64,000 nt of DNA from NCBI GenBank assembly GCA_963711465.1, contig CAVQEG010000001.1, forward strand, positions 1,915,480-1,979,479, written 5' to 3'. Source of the DNA: Chlorobiota bacterium. Lineage in GTDB: Bacteria; Bacteroidota; Ignavibacteria; OLB7. Positions 1 through 12,814 of this stretch are shown one piece after another. The first letter of the stretch is position 1, and every line of letters starts with the position of its first letter. Position numbers and translations under genes: made by a program. The notes beneath the pieces were generated by a model. The model ran no database searches. It was not told the origin of the DNA and saw only the letters and a program-made list of their open reading frames with translations.

Positions 1-1
1 T

Positions 2-829
2 CCGGCACCCCATACGCTGTGGGATCTGCGGTTCTCCGACATCCGGTACCTGCCCCGGTCCGATGAAGGACCGCAGCGGTTCAGCTATTCCACCAGGATC
101 GGATTCGGAATTTCAATCTCCGGTACGGGTGAGACCGTCGGCGCGAACGTCCCGAACTCAGGGACGCGGAGCAGCGCTCTGAAATTCGGATCGAATCATC
201 CCCTGTCGTTGATCCGCACCGGGTCCGGGTACTGGAAATACGAACCGACGGCCAACGGAATTCGATTCATCACCGGATATGATTATCGGACGCGGTGGGG
301 ATCGATCGGCTCGTTGTTCGACCGTCTCGTGTTCCGCCCGCTCATGCGATGGGCCACGGCGTGGAGCTTCGACCGGCTGAAGAACTGGATCGAGCGCGGC
401 ATCCGCCCGGAAAGCGCAATGGCGGCGCAGCTATCGGTCGCCATCGGCAACGCGGTTCTGGCAGCGGTGTGGATCCACCACGGTCTGGTGCCGAAGATCC
501 TCTTCCCGGAGCATGGCGAACTCGCACTGTTCTCGGCAACCGGAGTGTTCGGCGGCGCCAAGGTGGCGGCCCTGCGCGCCATGGGGTGTGTCGAGATCGC
601 GTTCGGGATCGCGTTCCTGTTGGTGCGTCGTCGCTGGATTCACCAGCTGAATATCGCAGCGGTGATCGCGGTGTCGGTCGCGGGCCTGCTCGCATCACCA
701 TGGACGCTGGCGCAGCCATTCGATCCCGCCACCACCGCGCTGATGATGATCGCTCTCTCATCGGTCGCTCTCATCAACCACCGCGCCGTACCCTCGGCGT
801 CACGTTGCGTCACGAAGGCAACCAGATGA
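2..829 (+). CDS. YndG-like protein (N-terminal SRPBCC-like region + C-terminal DoxX-like membrane domain), 5'-partial
   Basis: Frame is open from the window edge (..HTLWDLRFSDIRYLP..IGFGISISGTGE..), then WATAWSFDRLKNWIE and HHGLVPKILFP with four hydrophobic helices; stop overlaps the next start (ATGA 826-829). Confidence 0.75.
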   Translation, partial: PAPHTLWDLRFSDIRYLPRSDEGPQRFSYSTRIGFGISISGTGETVGANVPNSGTRSSALKFGSNHPLSLIRTGSGYWKYEPTANGIRFITGYDYRTRWGSIGSLFDRLVFRPLMRWATAWSFDRLKNWIERGIRPESAMAAQLSVAIGNAVLAAVWIHHGLVPKILFPEHGELALFSATGVFGGAKVAALRAMGCVEIAFGIAFLLVRRRWIHQLNIAAVIAVSVAGLLASPWTLAQPFDPATTALMMIALSSVALINHRAVPSASRCVTKATR

Positions 830-1509
830 CTTCGATGTATCGACGGGCCTTGGGCACTGAATTCTCCCGACTCCATCCGAAGATCCAGGAACGGTTCGGG
901 TTCTCGAGCGCCGATCGTATCGCCTCGATCGGCACGGGGATCATGGATGAAGTGTGGTGCGGTCCGGCGTTCACCCGGCCGTTCCTGTACCTCGGAACGT
1001 GGCGGAACATCATGTTTCCCCACGCCGGGCGGGACGTGCCGTTCACGGTGGAGAATTTTGCCTACGCCGATTCGCTCGGGCGCGAGACGGTGACGTGGGT
1101 ACGGAAATTCGCGTTCCCCGATCGGGTGCGTCGTTTCGACGCAACGATGATCTACAGTGAGCGGCGGCGTCGGATCGTCGACTATCTGGGCACGCACCAG
1201 CATCTGGCGGTCGACATCGACGTGGCGGTCGGAGAGGGTGGTGGAATCTGCATTCGATCGGGTGACCTGCGGTTCTACGAGGGATTCATCGGGTTCCGAT
1301 TCCCGCTCCTGTTCGCGGGCATCGCGAGCGTGTGCGAGTGGTACGACGACGCGATCGAGCGGTACAGGATTTCGGTAAGCGTGGAGAACCGGGTCTGGGG
1401 ACGGTTGTTCGGATACAACGGCACGTTCGACGCGGTTACGCTCGAGGTGCCCACCGTGGAGCAGATCCCGGCCGACGTCCGTCCCGTCCGCGAGGAAGCT
1501 CGCGAGTAG
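826..1509 (+). CDS. DUF4166 (YndH-like) protein
   Basis: Real start is the ATG at 826 (MTSMYRRALGTEFSRLHPKIQERF); VDYLGTHQHL and E-W-Y-D-D...GYNGTF motifs; usual partner of YndG. Confidence 0.8.
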   Translation: MTSMYRRALGTEFSRLHPKIQERFGFSSADRIASIGTGIMDEVWCGPAFTRPFLYLGTWRNIMFPHAGRDVPFTVENFAYADSLGRETVTWVRKFAFPDRVRRFDATMIYSERRRRIVDYLGTHQHLAVDIDVAVGEGGGICIRSGDLRFYEGFIGFRFPLLFAGIASVCEWYDDAIERYRISVSVENRVWGRLFGYNGTFDAVTLEVPTVEQIPADVRPVREEARE

Positions 1510-1580
1510 GCCGCCGCATGAATCACCGGGGAGCGTCCCCTCCGGGCCGCGGCACGTGCGACGGCGATCACCGGACGTGC

Positions 1581-1617
1581 GTGCGTGCGGGCCCGCCGTC
1601 GCGGAGGCCGCACGCAC
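1581..1617. terminator. GC-rich hairpin between convergent genes, possible bidirectional terminator
   Basis: GTGCGTGCGG...CCGCACGCAC 10-bp inverted repeat; no U-tract. Confidence 0.35.
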
Positions 1618-1628
1618 CGATGCTCGGC

Positions 1629-5045
<3,417 letters not shown>

Positions 5046-5141
5046 CAGATCGGATATGGATTGAATGTGAAACTGGGGGAAGTCGGGTCGACGCGCCGTC
5101 CGGCATCGATGATGACCAGCGACGCCGTCCGTCGAACCGAA

Positions 5142-5555
5142 TCAGGCACCGAAACGGGTGTCGAGCGAGGCGGCAAGCTGATTGGAGCGCTCCAGCAGCA
5201 CCGAGCGGAACGCTTCGGCCAGGGCGAAGGTGCGTGAGATCGGAACGGTCGAATCCTCGTTGAGCACAGCGACCGCGTCGTTCTTCGCCAGGAACTCGTC
5301 GAGCTCGGGCTCGAGCTCCGAGACGAGCGTCAGCAGATCCTCGAGCTCCTGTTCGTCGTCGGTCTCCACCATGTCGAGCACCAGATAGGCGCGGATATAA
5401 AAGGAGAGGGCCGCGCGCACGAGCCGGCGGAATTCGAACTCCGCGGCGTCGTCGGCCGGCTCGAGGTCGACGACCTGTCCCCACTGGTTCTCGGCGATGA
5501 AGTGGTATTCATCGGCCGTCTCGATGATTCGCTGTCGCAGAGCTGCTTCGAGCAT
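5142..5555 (-). CDS. Acidic alpha-helical protein, possible degenerate HEPN domain
   Basis: 137 aa between pyrB and carB; 'YIRAYLVLD..ETDDEQELEDLLTLVSELEPEL' resembles the HEPN 'LKA.L....THDL..LL.....PE' pattern. Confidence 0.6.
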   Translation of the reverse strand: MLEAALRQRIIETADEYHFIAENQWGQVVDLEPADDAAEFEFRRLVRAALSFYIRAYLVLDMVETDDEQELEDLLTLVSELEPELDEFLAKNDAVAVLNEDSTVPISRTFALAEAFRSVLLERSNQLAASLDTRFGA

Positions 5556-5564
5556 GGGCTGGAT

Positions 5565-6584
5565 TCATTCTGAGGTGTTGGAACCGAGGAGCATCGCCAG
5601 GACCGCCATACGGACGGCGACGCCGTTTTCGACCTGCCGGAGGATCACCGACTGCAATCCGTCGGCCGTCTCGTTGTCGAGCTCCACGCCGCGGTTGATC
5701 GGCCCCGGATGCATCACGATCAGCTCGGGTCCTGCCGTTCGCAGCCGGCGATGATTCATTCCGAACAGGCGTGCATACTCAGCGATCGAGGGAAACAAGG
5801 CGCGGTCCTGACGCTCGAGCTGCACCCGCAGCATGTTCAATGCATCGGAGAAATCGATCGCCCTCTCGAGATCGTGGAACACGCGGACGCCGAGCGCCTC
5901 GATGCCGCGCGGGATGAGCGTGGGCGGACCACAGACGGCAACCTCGGCGCCGAGACGCTCGAGCATCTCGATGTTCGACCGTGCCACGCGGCTGTGGAGA
6001 ATGTCGCCGACGATCGTCACGCGTCGCCCTTCGAATCCGGAGCGAGGGTCGTCATCGGAGCGCGGCTTCCACAGTTCGAACAGCGTCGCTCCGTCGAGCA
6101 GCGCCTGCGTCGGATGCTCGTGGCGGCCGTCGCCGGCATTGATGAAGGTGGAGCGGCACCGTCCGGCAAGGAACCACGGCGTCAGCGCGTGCCGATGGCG
6201 GATGACGATGGCGTCGACGTGCATCGCTTCGAGATTGCGCACCGTGTCGAGAATCGTCTCGCCCTTGGAGAAGGAGCTGCCGCCGGAGGTGAAGTTGAGC
6301 ACGTCGGCACCCAGCCGGCGCTCGGCGAGCTCGAAGCTGGAGCGCGTGCGGGTGGAATCCTCGGCAAACAGGTTGACGATGGTGCGACCGTGCAGCAGAT
6401 GGCTGCGACGTCGCGGACGCAGCAGCTGGTCGCGCATGGCGATCGACATGCGGAAGACCGTCAGGATGTCCTCCCGGGTCAGATCGGATACCCCGAGCAG
6501 ATGCGGTGTCGACAGGTGCGGAAACGGTCCGTCGAGGACCGAGGCGGTGGTCGAGGTCTCGTATGTCGTCGGCGCGATCTGCAC
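5565..6584 (-). CDS. pyrB: Aspartate carbamoyltransferase catalytic subunit
   Basis: FAEDSTRTRSSFELA, NAGDGRHEHPTQALLD, GDILHSRVARSN, MHPGPINRGVE. Confidence 0.97.
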   Translation of the reverse strand: MQIAPTTYETSTTASVLDGPFPHLSTPHLLGVSDLTREDILTVFRMSIAMRDQLLRPRRRSHLLHGRTIVNLFAEDSTRTRSSFELAERRLGADVLNFTSGGSSFSKGETILDTVRNLEAMHVDAIVIRHRHALTPWFLAGRCRSTFINAGDGRHEHPTQALLDGATLFELWKPRSDDDPRSGFEGRRVTIVGDILHSRVARSNIEMLERLGAEVAVCGPPTLIPRGIEALGVRVFHDLERAIDFSDALNMLRVQLERQDRALFPSIAEYARLFGMNHRRLRTAGPELIVMHPGPINRGVELDNETADGLQSVILRQVENGVAVRMAVLAMLLGSNTSE

Positions 6585-6703
6585 TGGTCACCGGTTGTTC
6601 GTGTTCAATGCCAGGACCAGCGCTGCGGACGGGCGTTTCGGACCGACCGGGGCCGTCCGGCGGCACTGTGCCACCCGACGGCGTAGATACGTGATCCGAA
6701 CAT

Positions 6704-6711
6704 CAAAGATA
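6704..6711 (-). promoter_or_regulatory. Bacteroidota-type -7 promoter element for pyrB-carB
   Basis: TATCTTTG on the minus strand matches TAnnTTTG, about 120 nt upstream of pyrB. Confidence 0.55.
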
Positions 6712-6908
6712 TTGATTCGCGTCGTTGCGCGGCGACGGATTTGGCAGCGAATCGTAAACGCGGGCACCGACCGCTTGCCGATGGTTCCCCCAACCGTTTC
6801 CTCGACCATGACCAACGTCACGGCGGACGGCGGAGTGATTGGCGAAATTCTCTTCGGCATTCTACCACAACCACTCGATTCGGCGCTCTGAGGCCGGGAG
6901 TACTCGTG

Positions 6909-7649
6909 ATGGCTTACAACGTTGGAAAGGAATTCCCCAGTGAGCACGAGACGTTCCACCAGCACAGATTCCGCAACCGATACGACGCCGGACGGCAGCT
7001 GGCCGGTCGGCTCAATACGCTCGGCGGCGAACTCAGCGATGCGATCGTCCTGGCGCTTCCGCGAGGTGGCGTCCCCGTCGGCTACGAACTGGCCCGGCTG
7101 CTCCACCTCCCGTTCGATCTCATCACCGTCCGGAAGCTCGGCGTGCCGGGCGATCCGGAGCTCGCAATGGGCGCCATTGCCGGTGACGACATCCGGGACG
7201 TGAACGAATCGGTGGTGCGCATGCTCGACATCGACGAGGAAACGATCGAACGCGTCGTGCGTGGGGAACGGAAGATCCTCGAACGGCGCGAACGGGACTT
7301 CCGCGGCAGCGGACCGAAGTTCGTCCTCACCGATCGCGCGATCATCCTCGCCGACGACGGTGCTGCGACCGGCTCGACCATGCGGGCGGCCATCCGGCTG
7401 ATCAGAACGCGCAGGCCGCGACAGATCATCGCCGCGGTGCCCGTGGCTCCTCCATCGACCGTACGCGAACTCTCGCAGCTGGCCGACGAGGTGGTCTGCC
7501 TCTGGAGCCCGCGCGGATTCGTCGCCATCAGCCAGGCCTACGACGACTTCCGGCAGATCTCGGATTCGGAGGTGACCATGCTCATCGACGAGTCGCGGGA
7601 GCGCTTCGCCGCCGAACACGCCACGCCGCCGCCGTCGATCGCGGCCTGA
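6909..7649 (+). CDS. Phosphoribosyltransferase family protein
   Basis: FRNRYDAGRQLA, LALPRGGVPVG, RKLGVPGDPELAMGAI, PRPP loop ILADDGAATGSTM; ATG at 6909. Confidence 0.9.
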   Translation: MAYNVGKEFPSEHETFHQHRFRNRYDAGRQLAGRLNTLGGELSDAIVLALPRGGVPVGYELARLLHLPFDLITVRKLGVPGDPELAMGAIAGDDIRDVNESVVRMLDIDEETIERVVRGERKILERRERDFRGSGPKFVLTDRAIILADDGAATGSTMRAAIRLIRTRRPRQIIAAVPVAPPSTVRELSQLADEVVCLWSPRGFVAISQAYDDFRQISDSEVTMLIDESRERFAAEHATPPPSIAA

Positions 7650-7891
7650 GCAGGCGCCGATCGCCGGCGACCGTCGGTCGGTCGGCAATGAACGGGTACG
7701 CCGCCGTGCCCGTTCGTCGCGTTGGGATTTCACCACAAATCGGCTAGATTCCGCGCGTTCCGATCGGCACGCCACACCCCGCAAGGATCGCGTTTCACAC
7801 GCCGGATCAGACCTCTGTTCACCCTTCCCGTCGCTCACGCGCCCGTGCCCCTCCGCACTCGAATTCGATCAGCAATCCTACAGGCCTCCCC

Positions 7892-10564
7892 ATGAAGCTC
7901 ATTGCGACTTCGCTGCTCACGCTGTTCACCATGCTCATTGCCGTCCCCTCGTTCGCCCAGGATGAACCTGCGTTCCTCTGGGTGCGCCACCTCGGCCCGC
8001 CAATCAACGCTTCGGGGAACATCGGTAACGACGTCGCGATCGACTCCCGCGGTGGCACCATCGTCACCGGCTCCTACCACGGATTCGCCATTGCGGACAT
8101 CACCAACGGCGACTCGACAGTGCTTACGCCCGAAGGCGGAGGCGACGCCTTCGTCGAACGCGTCCACAGTGACGGAACGCTCGACTGGGTGGCAACCGGT
8201 GCCAGTCAGGCCGACGAGTACGCGTCCTCGCTCGCGCTCGACGCGGCGGACAACATCTATGTCGCCGGGAACGTGACGGCCGTGGTCAACCAGAACAACA
8301 GCATCACGTTCGGCAATGGTGTCTCCCTCCCTGTCGCCGAGGCACCGTTCCTCGTGCGCTACGACTCCAGTGGCAAGGCCGACTGGGCGGTGATGCTCGA
8401 CATCCAGGGCACGAGCCGGATCAACGACATCACCGTTTCCGACGACGGTGCGATCTACGTGGTGGGAGATTTCAAGGGCAGCGCGATCATCGCCGACGAC
8501 ACGCTGGCGTCGATCGACCGACAGTCCGTGTTCCTCGCCCGCTTCGACACCGCCGGCAACGCCGTGTGGGGTCGGATGGGCACCTGCACGCAGACGGCGA
8601 CGGGACGGACGATCGCGGTCAGAGGAGGCCTGCTCTACGCCGGAGGCGGATTCGGAAGTCTCGTCGGACAGACCCCGGCGGTGCTTCGCTTCGACACCCT
8701 CACCGAGTCCGGCGCCGGCGCGTGGCTGGGACGATTCGATACCGACGGCAACGCCCACTGGATCACCTCGACGACCGGCGATCGCTCGGCTACGATCAAC
8801 GCGCTGGCCCTCAGTCCGAGCGGCGAGCCGATCGTGGTCGGCAGCTTCGGCGATCCCTCGGCGATCGGTACCTCGACACACCTGATGTTCGACAAGGATA
8901 CCCTCACCGGCGTCGGCGCCAGCGACATGTTCGTCGCCGCCTACGATGCCGTCGGGTTCGCCTTCTGGGCGAATTCGGTCGGAGGAATCGGCGCTGACGC
9001 CGGTAACGGCGTCGCTGTCGGCCCGAACGGAGACATCTGGGTCGCCGGCGAGGCGCTGGGCACGATTCGCATCGGCGACCGGACGATCACCGGCCGCGGT
9101 GATGGCGACGCTCTGGTGGTCCGCTACGACAAGGACGGCACGCCGCTGTGGGCAACCGCCACCGGTGGCAGCCAGCGCCAGGGCGACGCCGCCAACGCTA
9201 TCGCCACCGACAGCGCCGGCGGGGTCATCAGCATCACTGGCATCTTCCGCCAGGAGGCACGCTTCGGCCGGTACGCAATCCACGCACACTCCGGTGGAGC
9301 CGAAGGCGAAGTATTCGTCGCGTCGCTCGGTGCCACGGCCGGACCCGAGTCCCGCTACTGGCGCTCGGACAATGCGGGCCTCATCGTCGACGACGACGCC
9401 AACGGCGTCGCACACATCAACGCGGTGGGGATCGATGACGGGTGGTACTACGCCGGGGGCATCAGCGGCGTCTTCCGCCGCAGGACGTACGACGAAGCGT
9501 GGAACAGAAGCGATACCGTCGGCAACGTTCGCGCGGTCGCGGCCAACGGTGAGATGATCCTTGCAGGCGGCAGCGGCGTGCGCATCTCGACCGATCGCGG
9601 TGCCACCTGGACCGACGCCAACGCCGGATTCCCCGGCCACTCCGTTTCCGTGTTCGATCTCACCTTCGACGGCTCGCGTCCGGTCGCAGCGACCGTCGCC
9701 GGCGTCTTCCGCCTCGAGTCGGACACGTGGCAGCCGCTCAACAACGGACTCGGCAACAGTGCCATCGGCGCGGTCGGCGTCGTCGGCTCGACCTACCTGG
9801 CCGCAGACTACGCCATGGGTGGGCTGTTCCGCTCGACCGATGCCGGAGCGAGCTGGACACGCGTCACGGCGGTGCCGAACGACGTCAACAGCAATCCTGC
9901 GGTCATCGACGGCTTCGTCGCGCACAACGGCGCGATCTACGCCGCCACGGGTCGCGTCGGCTCGACCGACGGTGCCGTCGGCGTTCTCCAGTCGACCGAC
10001 GACGGTGCCACCTGGACGGTCTCCGGGAGCGGTCTTCCGGACGTCTTCGACGGCAATTCCATCGCCGTGAATTCCCTCTCGTCCAACGGATCGGAACTCT
10101 TCGCGGGAACGCCCATGGGACTGTACATCTCTTCGGACAACGGCGGCTCGTGGTCACCCTGGGAATACGACCTTCCCCAGTGCGAAATCCGCAGCGTGGC
10201 CGCCAACGGCCGCGACGTGCTCGCCGCCACCGTCTGCTCCGGCATCTGGTACCTCTACACGAACACCATTGCAGTCCCGACGGCCGATTCCGGCACCAGC
10301 GCCCCCATGGTGTCCCGCGCCTTTCCCAATCCCGCCGCCGGCGGCCGGACCACGGTGAGCTACGCCGTACCTGAGGACGGCCTCGTGACGATCCGGCTCG
10401 TCGATCAGCTCGGACGTATCCTGCAGACCGTCGTCGCCGACACGTATCAGCGGCAGGGCAACTATCTGGTCGACATCTCGCTCGAGGGTCTCACCCCGCA
10501 AACCTATCTCGTCTCGGTCACCGTCAACGGCCGCACCCAGGCGACAACCGTGCTCGTTCCCTAG
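7892..10564 (+). CDS. Secreted beta-propeller protein (SBBP-like + BNR/Asp-box repeats) with T9SS type A C-terminal domain
   Basis: Signal peptide ending SFA-Q; repeated 'D..GN.YV.G' and 'STD.GATW' units; C-terminal FPNP..TTVSY..LGR..YLV. Confidence 0.85.
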   Translation: MKLIATSLLTLFTMLIAVPSFAQDEPAFLWVRHLGPPINASGNIGNDVAIDSRGGTIVTGSYHGFAIADITNGDSTVLTPEGGGDAFVERVHSDGTLDWVATGASQADEYASSLALDAADNIYVAGNVTAVVNQNNSITFGNGVSLPVAEAPFLVRYDSSGKADWAVMLDIQGTSRINDITVSDDGAIYVVGDFKGSAIIADDTLASIDRQSVFLARFDTAGNAVWGRMGTCTQTATGRTIAVRGGLLYAGGGFGSLVGQTPAVLRFDTLTESGAGAWLGRFDTDGNAHWITSTTGDRSATINALALSPSGEPIVVGSFGDPSAIGTSTHLMFDKDTLTGVGASDMFVAAYDAVGFAFWANSVGGIGADAGNGVAVGPNGDIWVAGEALGTIRIGDRTITGRGDGDALVVRYDKDGTPLWATATGGSQRQGDAANAIATDSAGGVISITGIFRQEARFGRYAIHAHSGGAEGEVFVASLGATAGPESRYWRSDNAGLIVDDDANGVAHINAVGIDDGWYYAGGISGVFRRRTYDEAWNRSDTVGNVRAVAANGEMILAGGSGVRISTDRGATWTDANAGFPGHSVSVFDLTFDGSRPVAATVAGVFRLESDTWQPLNNGLGNSAIGAVGVVGSTYLAADYAMGGLFRSTDAGASWTRVTAVPNDVNSNPAVIDGFVAHNGAIYAATGRVGSTDGAVGVLQSTDDGATWTVSGSGLPDVFDGNSIAVNSLSSNGSELFAGTPMGLYISSDNGGSWSPWEYDLPQCEIRSVAANGRDVLAATVCSGIWYLYTNTIAVPTADSGTSAPMVSRAFPNPAAGGRTTVSYAVPEDGLVTIRLVDQLGRILQTVVADTYQRQGNYLVDISLEGLTPQTYLVSVTVNGRTQATTVLVP

Positions 10565-10603
10565 AACGCAGCCCATTACCCGCAGCAGTCGAGCTTCCTG
10601 CCC

Positions 10604-12706
10604 ATGTCCTTTCTCGGCCTGAACGTGGTCGACTGGTGCGTCATCGCGGCGTACTTCGTCGCGATCATCTACATCGCCCTGCGTGCGCGACGCCGCACGA
10701 CCGATACCGAGGGGTACTACCAGAGCAACCGCTCGTTCGGACGCACGCTGTTCGCGTTTCTGAACTTCGGCAACATGACCGATGCCGGGCAGACCGCGGG
10801 CGTGACACGCGAAATCTACCGGCAGGGCCTCTCGGGCGTGTGGTTTCAGAACCTCGTTCTGTTCCATACCCCGTTCCAGTGGTTCATCGCCGCCTTTCAG
10901 CGCCGCGCGCGCTACATCGCCCCCGGCGACCTCTTCATGCACCGCTTCGAGAGCCGGTTCCTCGCCGGACTCTACGCGGTGGTGCTCGTGGCGATCGCAA
11001 TCTTCGCCAACTCCATGGGGTACCTGCTCACCGGCAAGACCGTGCAGGCGATCATGGTCAAGCCGCCCGCCGAGTACACCGTCGCCGAACGTCACAGCGT
11101 CGAGCTGTTCGATGAGTTGACGCAGCTCGAGCGGCGCGACTTCGCCTCGCTCGACCGCGATGAACGCACGCGGCTCGAAGCGCTGCAGCAGATGGACAAG
11201 CGGGGCGAACTCCACTCGTTCATCTCCTACATCGATCTGACCTGGTTCTACGCGTTCTACGCGGTGATGATCGCCGCCTACACGGTGCTGGGGGGACTGC
11301 TGGCGGTGGCGATCGTCGACGTGATCCAGGGCGTGCTGATCGTATTCCTCTCCATGGCGCTCATTCCGGTCGCCCTGGAACGCATCGGTGGCTTTGCCGG
11401 ACTCCACGCCAGCGTTCCCGCCTCGATGTTCGACCTCTTCGGTGCTTCGCCCACCAGCGAGTACACCTGGTACTTCGTCGCCAGCTTCGCGCTGCTGAAC
11501 CTCGTGGTCAACGCGCCGAAGAATTTCACGATCGGCGGTTCGCCGAAGGACGATCACGCGGCGCGCGTCGGAATGGTCACCGGCGCGCTGTTCAAACGGT
11601 TCATGATGATCGCGTGGGCCTTCACCGGCCTGCTCGCGGTCGGTCTGTACGCCGGCAAGGTGGCCGATCCGACGAACGTGTGGGGAATCATGACGCGGGA
11701 TCTGCTCGGCGTCGGCGCCATCGGACTGATGATCGCAGCGGTGTTCTCTGCCAACATGGACGGCAGCTCGACGGTGTCGCTGGAGAGCTCGGCGGCGTTC
11801 GTGAAGAATATCTTCGTACCGCTTGTACCCGACGCCACCGAGCGCACGCAGGTGATGCTCGGCCGCACGCTGGTCGCGGCCATCCTTCTCGTCTCGATCT
11901 TCTTCGCCAACCACACCGACGACATTCTGGCGGTCTTCAAGTACGTGCTCTCGGTCGGGTCGATCGTCGGACCGACGTTCTGGCTGGTCTACTTCTATCG
12001 CAAGCTGAACACGAGGGCGGTGGCGATTCAGATGATCATCTCGATCATCCTGATCGTGGTGCTTCCGAACGTCGTTCCGATGGTACCTGGTGCGACGACC
12101 TCACCGGCGCTGACGATGCAGACGCGGGAGCAGTTCGTCCGAACGACGGTACGGGCTTCCGAGGCGGAGGTGCGTGCCGGAATGGCGACCCGGGTGGGCG
12201 AGCGGATCACGCATCAGGAGCGGATACCGCCGGTCGGAATCTTCTTCGAGACCGTGACGCGGGAGAATCCAAGCGACACCACCTCGCGGTGGCGCGGCTC
12301 CGGACTGTTCCGCCCCGAGATCTGGATCCTCGACAAACTGGGATTCGACTTCCGTGGCTGGCGGACCGCAGGCATCTCGACAGCGTCGTTTCTCTTCGAT
12401 GCGATTCTTCCGTTCATCCTGCTGATCGTGCTCTCGCAGTTCACACCGAGGAATTCCGAAGAGGCGCTTCGCGAATTCTACGCGCGTATCCATACACCGG
12501 CGGTGGCCGATGCCGAGGAGGACCGGCGACTGGTGCAGGAGAAGATCGACGACCCGTCGCTGATCGAAGCCGACAAGATGTTCCCCGGCACCGACTGGGA
12601 AATGTGGAAGCCGACGCGCTACGACATCGTGGGATTCCTCGCGTGCGTCGGCTTCGTACTGATCGTGATCGCAGCGTATGTGATCGTCGCGGGAATCGGA
12701 GCGTAG
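10604..12706 (+). CDS. Sodium:solute symporter (SSS) family transporter
   Basis: DWCVIAAYFVAI..YYQSNRSFG, YTVLGGLLAVAIVDVIQG, many TM helices, two large extra loops. Confidence 0.9.
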   Translation: MSFLGLNVVDWCVIAAYFVAIIYIALRARRRTTDTEGYYQSNRSFGRTLFAFLNFGNMTDAGQTAGVTREIYRQGLSGVWFQNLVLFHTPFQWFIAAFQRRARYIAPGDLFMHRFESRFLAGLYAVVLVAIAIFANSMGYLLTGKTVQAIMVKPPAEYTVAERHSVELFDELTQLERRDFASLDRDERTRLEALQQMDKRGELHSFISYIDLTWFYAFYAVMIAAYTVLGGLLAVAIVDVIQGVLIVFLSMALIPVALERIGGFAGLHASVPASMFDLFGASPTSEYTWYFVASFALLNLVVNAPKNFTIGGSPKDDHAARVGMVTGALFKRFMMIAWAFTGLLAVGLYAGKVADPTNVWGIMTRDLLGVGAIGLMIAAVFSANMDGSSTVSLESSAAFVKNIFVPLVPDATERTQVMLGRTLVAAILLVSIFFANHTDDILAVFKYVLSVGSIVGPTFWLVYFYRKLNTRAVAIQMIISIILIVVLPNVVPMVPGATTSPALTMQTREQFVRTTVRASEAEVRAGMATRVGERITHQERIPPVGIFFETVTRENPSDTTSRWRGSGLFRPEIWILDKLGFDFRGWRTAGISTASFLFDAILPFILLIVLSQFTPRNSEEALREFYARIHTPAVADAEEDRRLVQEKIDDPSLIEADKMFPGTDWEMWKPTRYDIVGFLACVGFVLIVIAAYVIVAGIGA

Positions 12707-12814
12707 AACTGCGCCGCACCGATACCTGTACGTCGACGGCGCTATCCACCGTGCCCGACGGAACCGCTAACTTGCCGGCTCTACGGAGCACCAGTCACTG
12801 AGACGTCCATCGGC

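Noticed and set aside
295-825. Long N-terminal extensions in the ORF track (295, 6741, 18301, 29740, 31095, 33168, 43814, 49055, 58259)
   Set aside because: They overlap neighbouring genes, promoters or the tRNA; downstream starts match family N-termini or signal peptides
6909-7649. PRTase divergent from pyrB as possible PyrR or PyrE
   Set aside because: Motifs (FRNRYDAG, LPRGGVPV, RKLGVPG.PELAMGA) belong to a different, generic PRTase family; no PyrR attenuator evident
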